Positions 36,797 to 51,127 of a stretch of DNA of 64,000 nt are shown here, one piece after another; within the stretch, counting starts at the first letter, position 1, and every line of letters starts with the position of its first letter. Location of the stretch: assembly GCA_021613535.1 (NCBI GenBank), contig CP075493.1, positions 9,486,001-9,550,000 of the forward strand. The letters run 5' to 3'. Both the position numbers and the translations under genes were made by a program. The notes below the pieces were generated by a model, which worked only from the letters and a program-made list of their open reading frames with translations, was not told the origin of the DNA and did no database searches. Source of the stretch: Adineta vaga. Its lineage: Eukaryota; Animalia; Rotifera.

Positions 36797-39240
36797 TTAT
36801 AAATGTATAAGTAAATCATTTTCATAGAATTGTAATAAAAATATTTGGGCTGAATATTTGTTAAATAGATCTTCACCGAGTTCATCAATCATTTCTTGCT
36901 AGAAAAATATCAATTGGATTTTAACATGACATATATTTGTGTATCTCTACTTACTGTCATTTGTGCTTCACTAACATTTTCGACGATTTTTAAGACACGT
37001 CTTAATTTTGTCGGACTAATTTCTTGAAGACATTGTCTAGAAGAAGAAAATGAATTGAATTACAGAAGTCCAATGAAAATTTGTGATAAGTTTTACTGTC
37101 GAATTTGATTACAAAGTTGATGGAGGTGGTGAGTTTCCTGTAATGGACTAGCAATTGTTCGATCACCTAATGACCATGCTCTATTGTTATCAATAGCACC
37201 AGGAGCATTCAAGGATGGCAATTGTAATGTGGCTGTTAGCATAAAAACAAGATCACTAGCATCTTTTTCTCTAGAATTTGTAACATTTAGATAGATAAAA
37301 TTCTATATTTTATATTTTCTTACCCTTCTTTTTTCTTTTCAAGTTCTTCAGTGGAATTATCTTGTGATTTGATTTGTTGTAAATCATAATCTGTTGTTAC
37401 GATTGTCTGAGATGGTGAATCTGTAGGTGTAGCACATTCGATCGATGATGAACGTAATTTACTTTCTCGACGACGTTGACGTGCACTAGAAATTGGTCCC
37501 TGATTTAGATCATATGATTTTGTTACTCTTGGTTGAGATGATGGACGAGACGAAATACTGTTTGATTCAACAGAACTTGTCCTTGGTTGTTTATATGACG
37601 GCGGTGAGATTTGCTAAAACGAATAGTAAAAAATGTCATTTCAATATCAAAAACTATAACGAAAGATATGTATACATACTATGAGTGGGTCGGGAATATG
37701 ATCTTGTGATGGTTGGATCGGTAGTACATCTTGTTCATCAGATACTGATGATTGTTGATGTAGTTTTAAATGATTATTCAATTGTTGATTACGTCGTAGA
37801 CGTTGTAATGTATCATTGTGACGTACTTTTGATATGAAATCGAGATTTTTTTCTTGTTCATCTGTTGATACTTGACGTCCTTGTAGACGACGAGCTCGTG
37901 ACTGACTTATGGCTGGATCTTTCGATAGAATTGGTTCAGCAAGTGGTCGAGAGTATGAGGATGGTAATACTGGATGATAAGTTGGAAGAACCGATGGATT
38001 ATTATTTTGATTTGAAAGACGAGATTTCGATGGCGAAGAATTAACAGCAGTGACTGGACGTGATGAAACATTGACAATAGATTGTGCATTAGAATTAGCT
38101 TGAATTTTACATCTGAACAATGAATATATGTATACTGATGGTTATTAGTTCTATTTCCATACATACTTTGTTTTTGTCTTTTCCAACAATCTAAGAATAT
38201 GTTGTTTAATATACGAATTCTGTAGAAGGACTTTTGCTGTTGGACGTTCATCTGGACTTTTCTTAAGTAATGATACAATAATATCTCTCAACGGTTGACT
38301 ATATCGTTGCGATATCTGTGGTGTCTAAATTTAACAACAAAACATTTTTTTATAAGAAAACAAATCTTCAAATACAAATCAAACCTCATTAGAAATAATT
38401 TTACTTATAAGAGCTGGCATATCTTTAGCATTAAATGGATGTTCATATGTAATCATTTCATAAACACAACATCCTAATGACCATATATCCGTCTGAAAAA
38501 ATATATGTTGAATGATACATTTAATTCTTCTTCAATCATTACAAACCTTTTGTCCATAGGGTTTATTTAACAATATTTCTGGACTCATATAATAGGGTGT
38601 ACCAATTACGGTTGTTGCGAGATCTCTTGCTGAATCAAGTACTCGTGCAATACCTAAATCACCAACTTTGACAATATCATTTTTTGTTAGAAATACATTT
38701 TGAGTTTTTAAATCTCGATGAAGAATGTTTCTTTCATGTATATACTAAAAGAAAGAAGATATACTTGTGATTATGAAAAGTATTATTTACTTGTAAAGCT
38801 AAACATATTTGTATAAACCATTCAATAATTTGATTTTCTGTTAACGCTTCTCTTTTAGATTTTTTTTCTTTTAATTTCGTATATAAATCTCCACCCTCAC
38901 AAAACGCCATAACAATATTAAGAAAACCATCTTTTGAACGAAAAGATTCTGTATAAGCAACAATATTTGGATGCTTTAATGTTGATAACAATTTAGCTTC
39001 ACGTTCAGCTACTTCAATATCATTTTGTGTGGAATCATTCGATGCTTGACGAAGATCTAATCGTTTTAAAACTTGTTGTCTTGACTGAGATTTACTTGCC
39101 GATGGAGTTTTTGGTAAAACGAGCCAAACTTCACCATAACTACCTTTGCCAATCTTTTTTATAAATTCATATTTATCATTAACATTGATTTCGTTGATTT
39201 GTAATGCAAAATTATTAGATAAGTTTGATATAGTTGACAT
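36797..39240 (-). CDS. NEK4: NIMA-related Ser/Thr kinase, NEK4-like
   Basis: [65 protein letters not shown]; long low-complexity C-terminal region with SARQRRR. Confidence 0.85.
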
Positions 39241-40066
39241 TGTGTGTGATCAATTTCAATAAAACAAAAAATAATAAAACGTATCGTTTTTAAAAATTGT
39301 ATAATTTGTACGCACATATCTAGTCGGAGCGCGGAGGTGTTGATAGAAATCATTGATCTGCGAGAATTCTCTATGTTGTTATAGTTACTGACTCAGAATG
39401 ATTCATAAGAATCAATCGTCAAAATGTTATGACGGAAGACAAATAAATATTTACGATGCTTCGATACCATTTGAGTACTGATCACCTTAACTATTTTCAA
39501 TTATTTGATGAAATATCTCGGAAGAATATAAATAGATGTCGGACGTTACTTAACTGTTCTTGTTAGTTGTAAGAAGAAGAAGAAGAAGAAAACTATTGAA
39601 GGACGTTAGACGATGTCATATATACTAATACTAATGTATCTGAATACGGAAATAGTTCATGTAGAGTTTCTTAAGTGTAACTAGTTCGTTCGTGTGAGTG
39701 AATCATGATTTAGTATTATTATTACGTCAGAAGGAAATGATTTCGTATGATTTTTCTTTCGTTCTCGTAAAAAAGGGCCATTTCTCAATGAAATCATAGA
39801 ATTAATTTATATAAACTATGAGATAAAATACGCAATCAAAGAAATTGATAGAATTCTGGCTGATTTCACATAATCAGATACGTTAGTTATGATAAGAATA
39901 ACTTAACCTGTAAATAACTTCATGCGTTTGATTAGCGTTCTATTAAATAGTATAGAAACGAACAAAGAGAGAAAGCATAGAGTTTTTTAGATCACTATAT
40001 TATCGACTGTTTTCTCTTGATATTCTTTACAAGACTAATCGTGTGTATGGGCAGAACGTGGAACAA

Positions 40067-40138
40067 GCGTTGGTGGTGTAACGGTTAGCATGGTTGCCTT
40101 CCAAGCAGCCGACCCGGGTTCGACTCCCGGCCAACGCA
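40067..40138 (+). tRNA. tRNA-Gly (anticodon TCC)
   Basis: GCGTTGG/CCAACGC acceptor stem, D arm, GTTGC-CT-TCC-AA-GCAGC anticodon arm, CCGGG-TTCGACT-CCCGG T arm; a downstream T-run fits a Pol III terminator. Confidence 0.97.
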
Positions 40139-40377
40139 CGTTTCTCTTTTTGCTTTTATCCATGTACAGTAACTACGAGATTATTTCCAATGAGACATAA
40201 TAGATACGTATACTCCATAAATCTGACTATTTTACGACATACACTTAACTATTAGATCATATGGGAATTATTTTTCACGCAATGACGTTAACAGTTACAC
40301 TTTAGTATGGCTAATCGAGTCGTAAATATTTATTGTTTGATTTTTGTATACAAAAAGAGAAAAGAAAAGAACCAAGT

Positions 40378-41848
40378 TTATCGTGCTTGAAGTTCATTTT
40401 TCCAAGTAGCCGTGCTATTTTGATATTGAGCAGTACGTTGAAGTGATTGCCATTGTTGTTTCGATTGTTGTAAAGCCATCTATAGAAAACAAAAATCATC
40501 AAAACAATTCAATCTATAATTCAAATCACTTACTGCAGCAATTTCAACTTTTCTTTCCCAAACTTCACAATCACGTTCGAGATTATAAAGTAATGCTTTT
40601 TTCTTAACATAATCTAAAACTTCAGGTACACGATAGTTTTCTGTTTGTTCGGCAAGATGACCATGAATTTTTGCTACACGTCCATGTTCTTCACTCGCAC
40701 TAACCATATCAAGTTCTGAATGTTCACGTAAATTGATTTGTTTCTGAATACGTTGTTCAGTCTCTGCTAATTCTTTATTTTGTCTATGTAAATCATCTTT
40801 AAGTCGATTGAGTGATTGTGTTGCTTTCCCAACTTGTTGTTTTAATACAATAAGATCATGATTTTTCTCATCAATTCTTTCTAAATATTGTTTATTTTCA
40901 ATCTGTAATTGATTAAAATCAACTTCATGTAATGTTTCTCCCATTTCTTCTTTTTGTCTCAATTGATTATCTAATCGAACAATTTGTCTTTTGAAACCCA
41001 TGGATCGATCACGTAATTTATTCGTTAAAGATTCACGATTTTTTATACGTTCATTAAAATAACGTTCGATTTTTTCACCGATAACTTTTTTTGTACGTTT
41101 ATCAGTACCTTGTTCTTTTGTTCTAGTGAATTCTTCAATTGCTCCATAAAAATCACTCATTTCAACATCTGTCCATTCCAGATCGGACTATATAGAGAGA
41201 AATGTGGAAAAATAAAATGAAATTTATCAAACATACTTCAAGTTGATGAATAGTTTTTTCATTTCTTGTTTCTTGCCGATTACGATCGGCTTTCATTTGT
41301 TCATATTCCGCTAGGACAATTTCATTTTTTTGTTCCAACGATAATTGAATACGAAAATCACCTTGTGTACTTCGTGATTTTGATCGTTTACGTGATAAAC
41401 GATCACTTCGAGTATTTCCACCTGCAGTTGTCAAATCTAGTGATGAACCGGCTGGTGTTGTTGCTTGTGATGTGCCAACTGTTGTTGATGCAACGATTGG
41501 TTCAGCTTTTTTTCTCTCTAGATTTTGTTCGAAAAGACTATTTTCAAATCGTAATTGAATAATTTCACGTCTAAGCGATAGAATAAAGATAATCTATAGA
41601 CATGTAATTTATATTATCAATGAGCAATAGCAAGAGAGCTGAATGAGCACTTACATTGAAATCTTATCTCGCCTAACTTTTTTTAACTAATCATAATAAA
41701 TTGAATTGAAAAAATACGTTCATTTAAAGTATATTTACTCGATTTTTTCTAAACGTTGCTGAAGTTCAATATCATCAGCTTCATCCATTGTACCAACACC
41801 ATGATGATCCGAAGAAGATCCACTAAAACTTGATCTTGCTTCAGCCAT
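40378..41848 (-). CDS. CCDC113: Cilia-associated coiled-coil protein CCDC113 (CFAP263)
   Basis: LSLEQKNEIV, KVIGEKIERYF, QLRQKEEMGETLHEVDFNQLQIEN, YRVPEVLDYV, WERKVEIA. Confidence 0.85.
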
Positions 41849-44438
41849 ACTAAATTGGTTTTTTTCTGTAGTTTAAATCAGTTAAGTAGAAAATATACAA
41901 CACATAACGACTCTATTTGCCATTCACACATATGTGTTACTATCGGTGATAGCCTCTTTACAAAAAAGAAAGCATTCAACAATTACTTTGTTGAGTACAG
42001 AAAAGATGTCGTTACCTGAAAAGTAACAAGTTTATTATTATATAAGAAGAAAAAATTGATAAGAAAAATGTGTTGACAGATTGAACGTTCATCTAGATGT
42101 TGCGTTATCACTCATATTGTCTGTTCTATCATTTTGAATTATAGTTCTATGGATGAGAGAATACCTTGGAGGATTATTTCTAATCTTCATATTGAATTAG
42201 AGCATGTTTTTCTTCCAAATAGCTCGATGAATTATAGATCAAACAAAATCACTTGATAGACTTCATTTTTTCTTTTGCTTTTGGCATCATTTTTCTTTGT
42301 TAGAAAGATACATTGATGAAAGTTTACATGTTGAACAAAACAAAAACAACTGAAAATTTGATTTTCTAAAGATAATTATTCATTTGGAATGAAGCAATGT
42401 CTCATTTTCAAGTATGTAATGAATAACAAAAGGTCGACTGACGCCCTTCGTATGTCTCATTGTGTCGAATGTTTGTCCATCTAACTTCCGTTTGTTCATC
42501 CGTTTATCATCGTCATTGTTCATTTGCATGTGAGTGTGATTTTGTTTATCTTATAATAGCAGAATGATTATCTTTTTCTCTTGTTGTTTTCTTAACAACT
42601 TATACATGACGATGACGCCAAACTTAACTTAGATAGAAAGCACTTGAAAAAATAAATGGAAATTTTCTTATTGTTGCTGTTGTTGTTGTTGTTCTTATTC
42701 CATGGTGATATTTTCTAATCATATGCTGATTGAATAGTAACACTTAATGAAAGAATATTGTATGCTTAAGTTATTAGACTAACATCGAAGTATTTTTGAA
42801 AGAGATGAAAGTAACTCATATTTCAACACTTCGTCTTCAAATAGGAGAGAAATGGATTAGTCGTTTGTCGATAATAATGATTAGAGAACAAGAAGGAAGG
42901 AAAAAGTAGCTGACAAATTGTGTATGATGTAATTGGAAAAAATGTGAGAATTGTAAAAGAAGAGAACTAAATAAAACATCGAGAATATAATCATCATTTA
43001 CAGATAGTTGTGATTTCATAGTTGGAAATTAGAAATAAATATGACATATGTTATTCATTTCCGATATTCTCAATGAATAATATGTAAGTTAATTTTCGAA
43101 TGTATTCATTTTTTGTTTTAGATATATCTATCGTCATATATAGGTAAGTATGCGAGATCTTTTTTTTTGACATGCATCTGTTCATTTCATTAACTCTACT
43201 GTAGTACATTGATAATAAAATAATCTTTGTCTTCCTTTCGTCAATGATTATGAACTGTCAATAATTGCCGACTACTCATTTATGTTTGATGACGCTGATA
43301 AGTACGCTTGAAGTGCATGAATGTGTGAGAGACAGAGATTTAAAAATTCATTTCTTTTTCTAAGTAGCTCATCTTCATATTTATTAGATGATCGCCGCAG
43401 TATGGGAAATTGTTTCAACTCCTAGCAACATTATTGAACTCGTTGATTGGCATCTTCTTTCTCTCTGCAGCTTGATTATAGCTACTGTATTCGCTTCCTT
43501 TCTCTCTCTCTCTCGTTTGCTCGCTGTTCATAACGCGTCGTTCACTTGTTCTTCTTTTCTTTCACTCTTCGACATTCATCGAAATGCGTTCGTTGATCAT
43601 TATCATTAACACAATATAGGTTGATACAGGTATACTGAATAAACTGATTTCACACGTCGGAGCTGATCTGACAAGTAGACAATTACTAAAAAAACCGTGA
43701 ATACGACGAAAGTTAAGTATGTCCATTTCCTTTTTCTTTTCATTACAACGATGAAATCAATTTGAACAGCTGATGATAAAATTCTTCGTCTTCTTCTTGC
43801 ATATAAATATATACATATGCAATAGATAATTTCTCTCTCATATTTCATCGTTTGTTTATGTGTAATTTTGACATTTGAAATAAGTTTGTTAGAGTAAATT
43901 GAAACGAGACAACGTATGCCTTCTATATTCAATTGAAGTAAACTATTACATCAGACGTTTATTTAGTCCATATCAACAGATATTCAAATTAATATAACGA
44001 TGCTCTTTTACTTTTCCCTCATACATTTACGTAGAAGTTGAAATGAGTACTGAATTCGTTGATTGAAAATTAGAAATATAATGGATAGAAATGCTTATCG
44101 ATCCGCTTAACTTTTTGTTATTTGAAAATCTTTTACAATAAATGAAGAAGAAAAAACTTTTGATGCTATATCTTTCCCTACCGATGATTATACATAGAGA
44201 AAAAGACAATTATCTATGTTGATATAGAATAGTCAGATATTATAAGCAGACATAAGATTATAATCTTTCCACTCATTACATATACACTGTCATGTAAGAT
44301 AGTTGATAAGAGATTCTACGGATATCTTTCTCCATAAAGATAGAAAAAAATAGATCATTTTTTGATCAATTTTGTATGTGAATACTTATTTGAATAGTTT
44401 GCTTACATTTCATTTCATTTCAGATTTGAAATTCATAA

Positions 44439-46392
44439 ATGAAGCCTCTAGTATTTGTATTATTATTTGTCTCATTCAACAATATCATTGCTCGAGGTAT
44501 GTAAAATAAGATATACATATACGCTATATGGATTCATTAGTTGACATAAATACTATGAAATTTGATTCGTCATGTCAATAGCTGCAGCAAAATATGATCT
44601 TGAATTGAACATATTATTTGACTTAAGGTTTACTTTTATTCATATAGGTCCACCTAGACTATTAACAGAAACACCAGATTTAATCACAATTGATGTAAAT
44701 GAAAATGAATCAGTTGAATTACATTGTCCAGTGACACCTTCATCTGATTTGTCTGTTCAATGGTCAAAAAATAATGAAGAATTAGATCCAATGTGGTCAA
44801 CATCAAATTTATTGATTCGACGATTTTTATTAAAAATTCATCGAGCACATTTAACTGATGCTGGTCTATATAAATGTAATGTTGTTAATGGATTCGGTAA
44901 TGTTCAAGCTCAATTTCGTGTCGATATCAAAGGTCAGTATATCAATCATGATTTCGTTGATTTTAATTACAAAAACAAAATTCCTTCTTTAGCTAACGGA
45001 ACGGTAATCAATCATGAATCACAGCAACAACAAATTTCGATTCCATGGGATGTTGATACAATGAATGGAGGTAAATATTAAAAAAAAGGACTTGAATTCC
45101 TTCTTAATTCAAATGTTTTATATAGAAGCACCAGAATTTCTTTCTCGAACTGAGAAAAATCTAAGTGAACCAACAAAAGTTATTCAACCTGAAAGTACAA
45201 CAGCTCAATTGAAATGTTTGGTATCTGGTAAACCCACACCAGAAATACGTTGGAAGAAAAATGGAAAAATACTTTCCGAAGATGAATATGGTATTACACA
45301 GTAAGTTTAATTCTAATATTTAGTTCAAATTCTTATCTCTTTCAATTTTTCTAGAAGTCAGATATTAAATATTAAAGATTTGCGTCAATCAGATACAGGA
45401 AACTATACTTGTGAAGTCTTCAATTCATTTGGTAGAATTAATGCTACATACATGCTTGTAGTGAAGGTATAACATATGCAATTCTTTATCTTTGATACGA
45501 ATTTATCTTGTTTTTTTCTTTTATTTTAGAAAAACTACAATTTTTTGGTAATGATCCAGAAAATACGAGTGTAGAACTTGGTCAAACAAGAATTCTTAAT
45601 TGTCGAGTTCAAACAAATGATCCTACGACGAAAATCCAATGGTTACGAAAGATCAATGGTCAACAATTATTTCGACCGGATGCTATTGTTTTTGGTTCGG
45701 AACAATATGAAAGTATTCAACAAACTCAAGAACAACAATATTCAAATAATATTCTTTCAAAACCATTGATTTTTTCTCCAGTAATTATGCAACATCATGG
45801 AGAATATATTTGTTTGATTCAAAATGATAAAGCAACAAACTATAAGAAAGCTTTTCTTACTATATTCGATCCTCGTAAAAGTAAGTTCAATTAAGAGACA
45901 AGATCTATATAGATGTGAAAATTTGTCTAAGAACAGTGTCATATCTTATAATGAGAACAACTGTATCGAAGAAGATATAGATTCTACTGACAAAATAATA
46001 TGTTTCTTTTTCTTTTTCTTTCAGGTCTTATAACATCAACACATACGAACAATGTCTTACTCTATGTAATTATCATTCCTCTCTTTAGTCTTGCCTTGAT
46101 TTTACTCATCATTTTTTGTCTTCGTCATACTCATCATCGAAAACATCTTCCTCAACATCATACACATTGTACAGATAGTTTAAAATCTTCAATTAAACCA
46201 CGACAATCATTGATCCAATCAAATGGTGTGATAGTTTCATCTCGTACAAGTAACGATTATTTAGCTGATAGTATCGATTCAATACCAGTTTCAAGACAAT
46301 ACCAACAACAACGATACGGGCCAAGTACAGCATCGGATTTAGCATCGTTAACAAGTTCGAATCTATATTATACACGTGTCCAAGCACTGTAA
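44439..46392 (+). CDS. FGFRL1: FGFR-like 1 / nou-darake-like: three Ig domains, TM, short tail without kinase
   Basis: Signal peptide ending ARG|PP; Ig1 C..W.K..DAGLYKC..NGFG; Ig2 LKC.VSGKPTPEIRWKKNG..DTGNYTC; Ig3 LNCRV..IQWLR..GEYICL; TM; His-rich juxtamembrane segment; ends VQAL*. Confidence 0.75.
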
Positions 46393-46803
46393 ACCATCAA
46401 TTGAACTATATCAGATACAGTGATATAATAACAATTTTCGTTTTGTTTTCTGATATTAATAATGTGTCACATGTTTTTCTTCTTGTTTTTTGTATTATAA
46501 GACTTCTTCTTCGTGTTTAATTGACGAATATTATGTATTTATATGCTATACTTAGAATACTTTATTCATGCATACTCATTCTTTAAAGACCAAATTGAAT
46601 ATACATAAGATACAAAAAAATGACATGTCTTTTCTAAATTAGAGAATAATAAACGGATGAAGTTGAATCTCAAATCCGAGACAGTTTAATCAAATCCTTG
46701 ATTATATATTTTCAAATGAAGACAACAAATTTCTCTCACACACAACATCTATGTTTTCTTATATAGGAATAATAAGTAATAAATATTGATTTGCTGAAGC
46801 ACC

Positions 46804-47943
46804 TTAACCTTCGTTAAAAACCGTCGAATCTCTTTCAAATGCACTTATACTATTTGCAGCAGACACATTCAATGCGATAATTTTATCATCAAGTAATTTT
46901 GGTCTTTTTGGAATTATCAATTCACTTTGACCTTGTGCTAGAAGTGTTCGCCATTGATAGAATGTATAAATATTCACATGAACAATAAGTCCAACAAGAA
47001 ATTTCGAGCAAGCATAGAGAAGATGACGAGTTAAATCGACACGTTGACGTTCCGATATAACGAAATGAATAGGTAATATAATGACGAATATGATGATATA
47101 AATTGATAAAATAAAGCCAAATATAATGAATATGATAATATGACGTTCATATTTGAAAAGATTCAACCACCAGGAAAATTTACGTAATTTTTGTTGATAC
47201 CAATGACAGAAAACAATAGTTTTAGTCACGAAAAATACAATGGCTTGATGCCAAGCAAATATATTGGTAACTGTATCGATAATATTGATCAATTTAAAAA
47301 CATATTGAATACACATCACATCATTATGTTCATAATTCATATAGGTAATCGTTTGATTTTGACAGTATTGAATGAGAGTGATATTAAAACTTGAATTTGA
47401 AACATTTCTATTGAGATTTTTGAGCCAACAAACCACCTGATCTGGTCGATTATAATAGGTTGTTAAAAATGTTTGACATGTTTCAAAATAAACATCACGT
47501 GTTAAAATTTTGTAGACTAATACTGTTAGTAGCAATTCAATTTGAAAAGGTACAAGTAAAAGATAATTAGCATCATATTTTTTTCCGAAACTAGAATTTG
47601 ATGAAACGTTTGTAGATTTTTTTGATGAATGAGAATTTGGTTCCAAATTTAGTGTAGATCGATTTACCATAGAAATTTGTTCATCATGTTGATGTTTTTG
47701 TATTTCAAGATGTTGTATAATGTTACGAATAATTCGATCTAATGCACCTTTAGCAAAAAAATTAGCTTGTTTGCCAAGGTAATGATTGAGTCGAGGATGT
47801 TGATTCGAAAGATAAACAAGATGTGCATTGAAAATAGTGAAAAAAATTAGCATAAAATTCGGCAATAGGAATAATATTAGGACTGAACTTAAATTTAACG
47901 ATATGCCATCATCATTGAGAATACTCATGTTAGTGACTTTCAT
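46804..47943 (-). CDS. Intronless ~5-TM membrane protein of unknown family
   Basis: 379-aa ORF with hydrophobic helices and a 4-Cys loop rich in N-x-S/T sequons. Confidence 0.75.
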   Translation of the reverse strand: MKVTNMSILNDDGISLNLSSVLILFLLPNFMLIFFTIFNAHLVYLSNQHPRLNHYLGKQANFFAKGALDRIIRNIIQHLEIQKHQHDEQISMVNRSTLNLEPNSHSSKKSTNVSSNSSFGKKYDANYLLLVPFQIELLLTVLVYKILTRDVYFETCQTFLTTYYNRPDQVVCWLKNLNRNVSNSSFNITLIQYCQNQTITYMNYEHNDVMCIQYVFKLINIIDTVTNIFAWHQAIVFFVTKTIVFCHWYQQKLRKFSWWLNLFKYERHIIIFIIFGFILSIYIIIFVIILPIHFVISERQRVDLTRHLLYACSKFLVGLIVHVNIYTFYQWRTLLAQGQSELIIPKRPKLLDDKIIALNVSAANSISAFERDSTVFNEG

Positions 47944-48868
47944 AAAAAAGACTAAATAATCTGATGCGTATTAAACGATAAAAGCTATTTCTCTATAGTA
48001 TTTTTATATTTCGTATCAGAAAATTCAATTAGAGATATTGAAGTTATTGAATTTCGAAATATTATATCAAGTAAAATGATGTGATGAAGAACAATGCTGG
48101 ATAATATCTTATAAATAAAAAAATAAAAGAGATGTTTCGACGATCTGAAGTAAAAATCAATAAAAACATGTCAAACTAATGTCTGTACAATATTCATGAT
48201 CGCACAATAATGAAAGAACTCATTGTAAATTAAAAACAAAAACATGCTAAGAGAATGCCAACTTGTAATGATTCCATCTATTTGTAAAAGATGAAATATG
48301 AATTTCCTTTTTCTACTTTATTGCTAATACTTCCAATTTTCCTATTATCAGTCCACAAAGAATATTCCAGATATGTGGTGAAACGAAGTTGTTAAAGATT
48401 TAATACAAATATAAAATCACACGCGTTGTCCCTGGATTCATGTACAAAGAGATAATAAAACATTTTCCTAAGTTAGTTTCAATAATTCTCAAATGTGACA
48501 TTTATCACACACATGACAATTTTAGTATTCATCAGCTTTTTCCTAGATTAGATAATAAAAGTAAACAGACATAATCTTATTTACGTGTTATTCTACTAAA
48601 TCATATGATTCATACACATGAACAACACTTCAAATTATTTCTAGAAATAAAATTTCTCCAAGAACTATATATTTTACTTATTTATATGAACACTTGTTTT
48701 TGTCAAATTTAACGAGAACAATTACTTTTTGACAGAAAATCAAATGCTTGATCTGACCAGTTGTTTATTGATAATGAACAGATACGCTTTTACGTAAAAC
48801 AAAATTCTATTTTAAGAAATTATTATTTTTGAATACTAAAATTACTACATGAAAATACAAACGAATAA

Positions 48869-51127
48869 TTATGTAGTTATTGATTTTGAAACGATATTTT
48901 CAGGGTTCGAATCATTTCGATGTCTATTCGACGAGTAACTAGCAAAAGAAAAGATTTCATAAATACCAAAAAGATCAGTCCGTAGTTACTTACAGTGGTA
49001 AATCCATATTTTCAACATCACGAACTGTTTGTGGTAGCGGTCTATTTAACGTTTCAGGAAAGATTAATGCAACGATTCCTGCGATAAGAGAAAGAATACC
49101 AAATAATACAATAGGAAAATTAATCCATATACGAGTCTAAATGATAAATAGAAGACTATTATTTATTGATATCAATGAGAAATAGTTACGAGATAATCAT
49201 TTGAAAATGTTCCGAGTATAGCACCAAGACGACCTGTCATAGAACAAATACCTAAACCAGTTGTTCGAACACTTGTTGGAAATAATTCAGTTGAATACAA
49301 ATAAATAATACCAAATGAAGCAGATGCAAAAAATTTCAATGAAATATTAATTAGGAACATAATTGTACGTAATACTAAATAATAAAGATGAAAAGATTTT
49401 CGATTAGTATGAAAAAAGATTTCGTTGACTAACTTGTTGTTTTCTCAGATAGAAAAGATTGAACGGGTATAACAAGTAAAGCTAATAAACCAAATATAGT
49501 CGCAAATGCACAATAAGGAAACTTTCGTCCTAATCGATCAAGAATAATATGAATGAATACATAAGCTAACATTTCCACAAATGCACTAAGTGCAAATGAT
49601 AAATATGGATCAAATTGCCAAGAACCTAGTACAAAAAAAAAACTTTCAATATATTTCACTGACAAATTAAAAATAAGATATTTCTTACCTGTATTTTGAG
49701 ATACACCATAATAAACAAGGTTTTGTACCAACCTATGAGCATAAATATTCTGAAAATTCATGAAAAAAAATTGAAGACAAACCATTGAAAAAATAGATTG
49801 ATTGTAGTAATTCGAATAATTTTTGTTTGAAATAAACTTGTTATTCCTGTCGGAATTGTTTTATCAGCCATATTCTACAAAATAACTAGATAAAAAAAGT
49901 TGTAAAAAGAAAATATTTTTCTCACTTGTTTTTGTGTATCTTTCAATTGTTCATAAGCATCAGAATCGAAATCTTTTTTATTTACTGTAGCAATGTGACG
50001 TAAAATTTGTTCAGCTTCATCATAACGACCTTTGCTAATTAACCATCGTGGACTTTCTGGTAGAATACTTCAAACAAAACAAGATTATTCTAGATAAACA
50101 AAATTAATTTTTCTAAAATATTCACTTACAAATAAAAGAAACAGAAAGGAATCGTAAATAATGTTATGATAAATGTTAAAGATCGCCATGTACGAAAAAA
50201 ATAAGCCATAAATACAAGAAAAAATTCTCCAGAAGTAAAGAAATAATCCATTATCATGCTAACCATCAAACGTTTGTCTGGATTAACTAAAAGTGATTAT
50301 TGTTTTGAAAAAAAATATAGTTCGTTTATAGAAATTCAACTGAAACTCTTACCCATTTCTGAACCAAGTACAAAACCTGATTCAGATATTCCTCGTGTTG
50401 AACAAGCAAGAAGAAAACGAGCAATAATAAATGTAATATAAGATGGCCATATACCAAATCTTATTTGAGGACCAAAAGTACAAAGAAAACCAGATATCAT
50501 CATTAGAATAAAACTAACACTCATGACTGATCGACGACCATATCTATAGGCAAATTCTAAATAAGAATAACACACGAGCATTATTTATACCTGTCAGCCA
50601 TTGTACCAAAGAAAATGGCACCACACATAAAACCAACAAAGTAAATCATTTGAACAGTTGATCGATAACCCACACGATTACAAACCATTGACCACTAAAA
50701 TAATCTTATACTTAATTCATATGTACTTAAGAAATCTAACCTCTTCAACTAATGTTCGTTTGTATACACTACGATCAAAAATATATTTATCACATGTTTC
50801 AAGGTCGTTAATAACTGAATGGTTATTATTTGGTTTGACTTTTCTATAACAACGTTGACATTCTTTGAGAGCTAATAAGTTCTGATGAATTGCACATTCA
50901 TTTTCTGTTGGTTGATAGAATTTTTTGAAGAATTCATTTGACTCATCATTGTATGTATCATCTGTTTTAGTTGGATGATGACAACGAAAATTAGGTGTAG
51001 CAGCTGTAAATGACCACGTATAAACCATAATAGGAGGTATCATATATGTTATACAAATAAAAACAAATTTTACTCTTTGATAATGTCCCCATCCGTTGAT
51101 AGTCGCTAAAAATGTATCAAAATTCAT
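48869..51127 (-). CDS. SLC22-like organic cation/carnitine transporter (MFS)
   Basis: Large Cys-containing first loop, TLVEE|WS(M)VC, AD|RYGRR, LPESPRWL, DRLGRK, ELFPTSVR, FPETLNRPLP. Confidence 0.92.

Noticed and set aside
42011-42027. GTTAC-N7-GTAAC inverted repeat as an X-box
   Set aside because: The spacer is too long for the RFX consensus.
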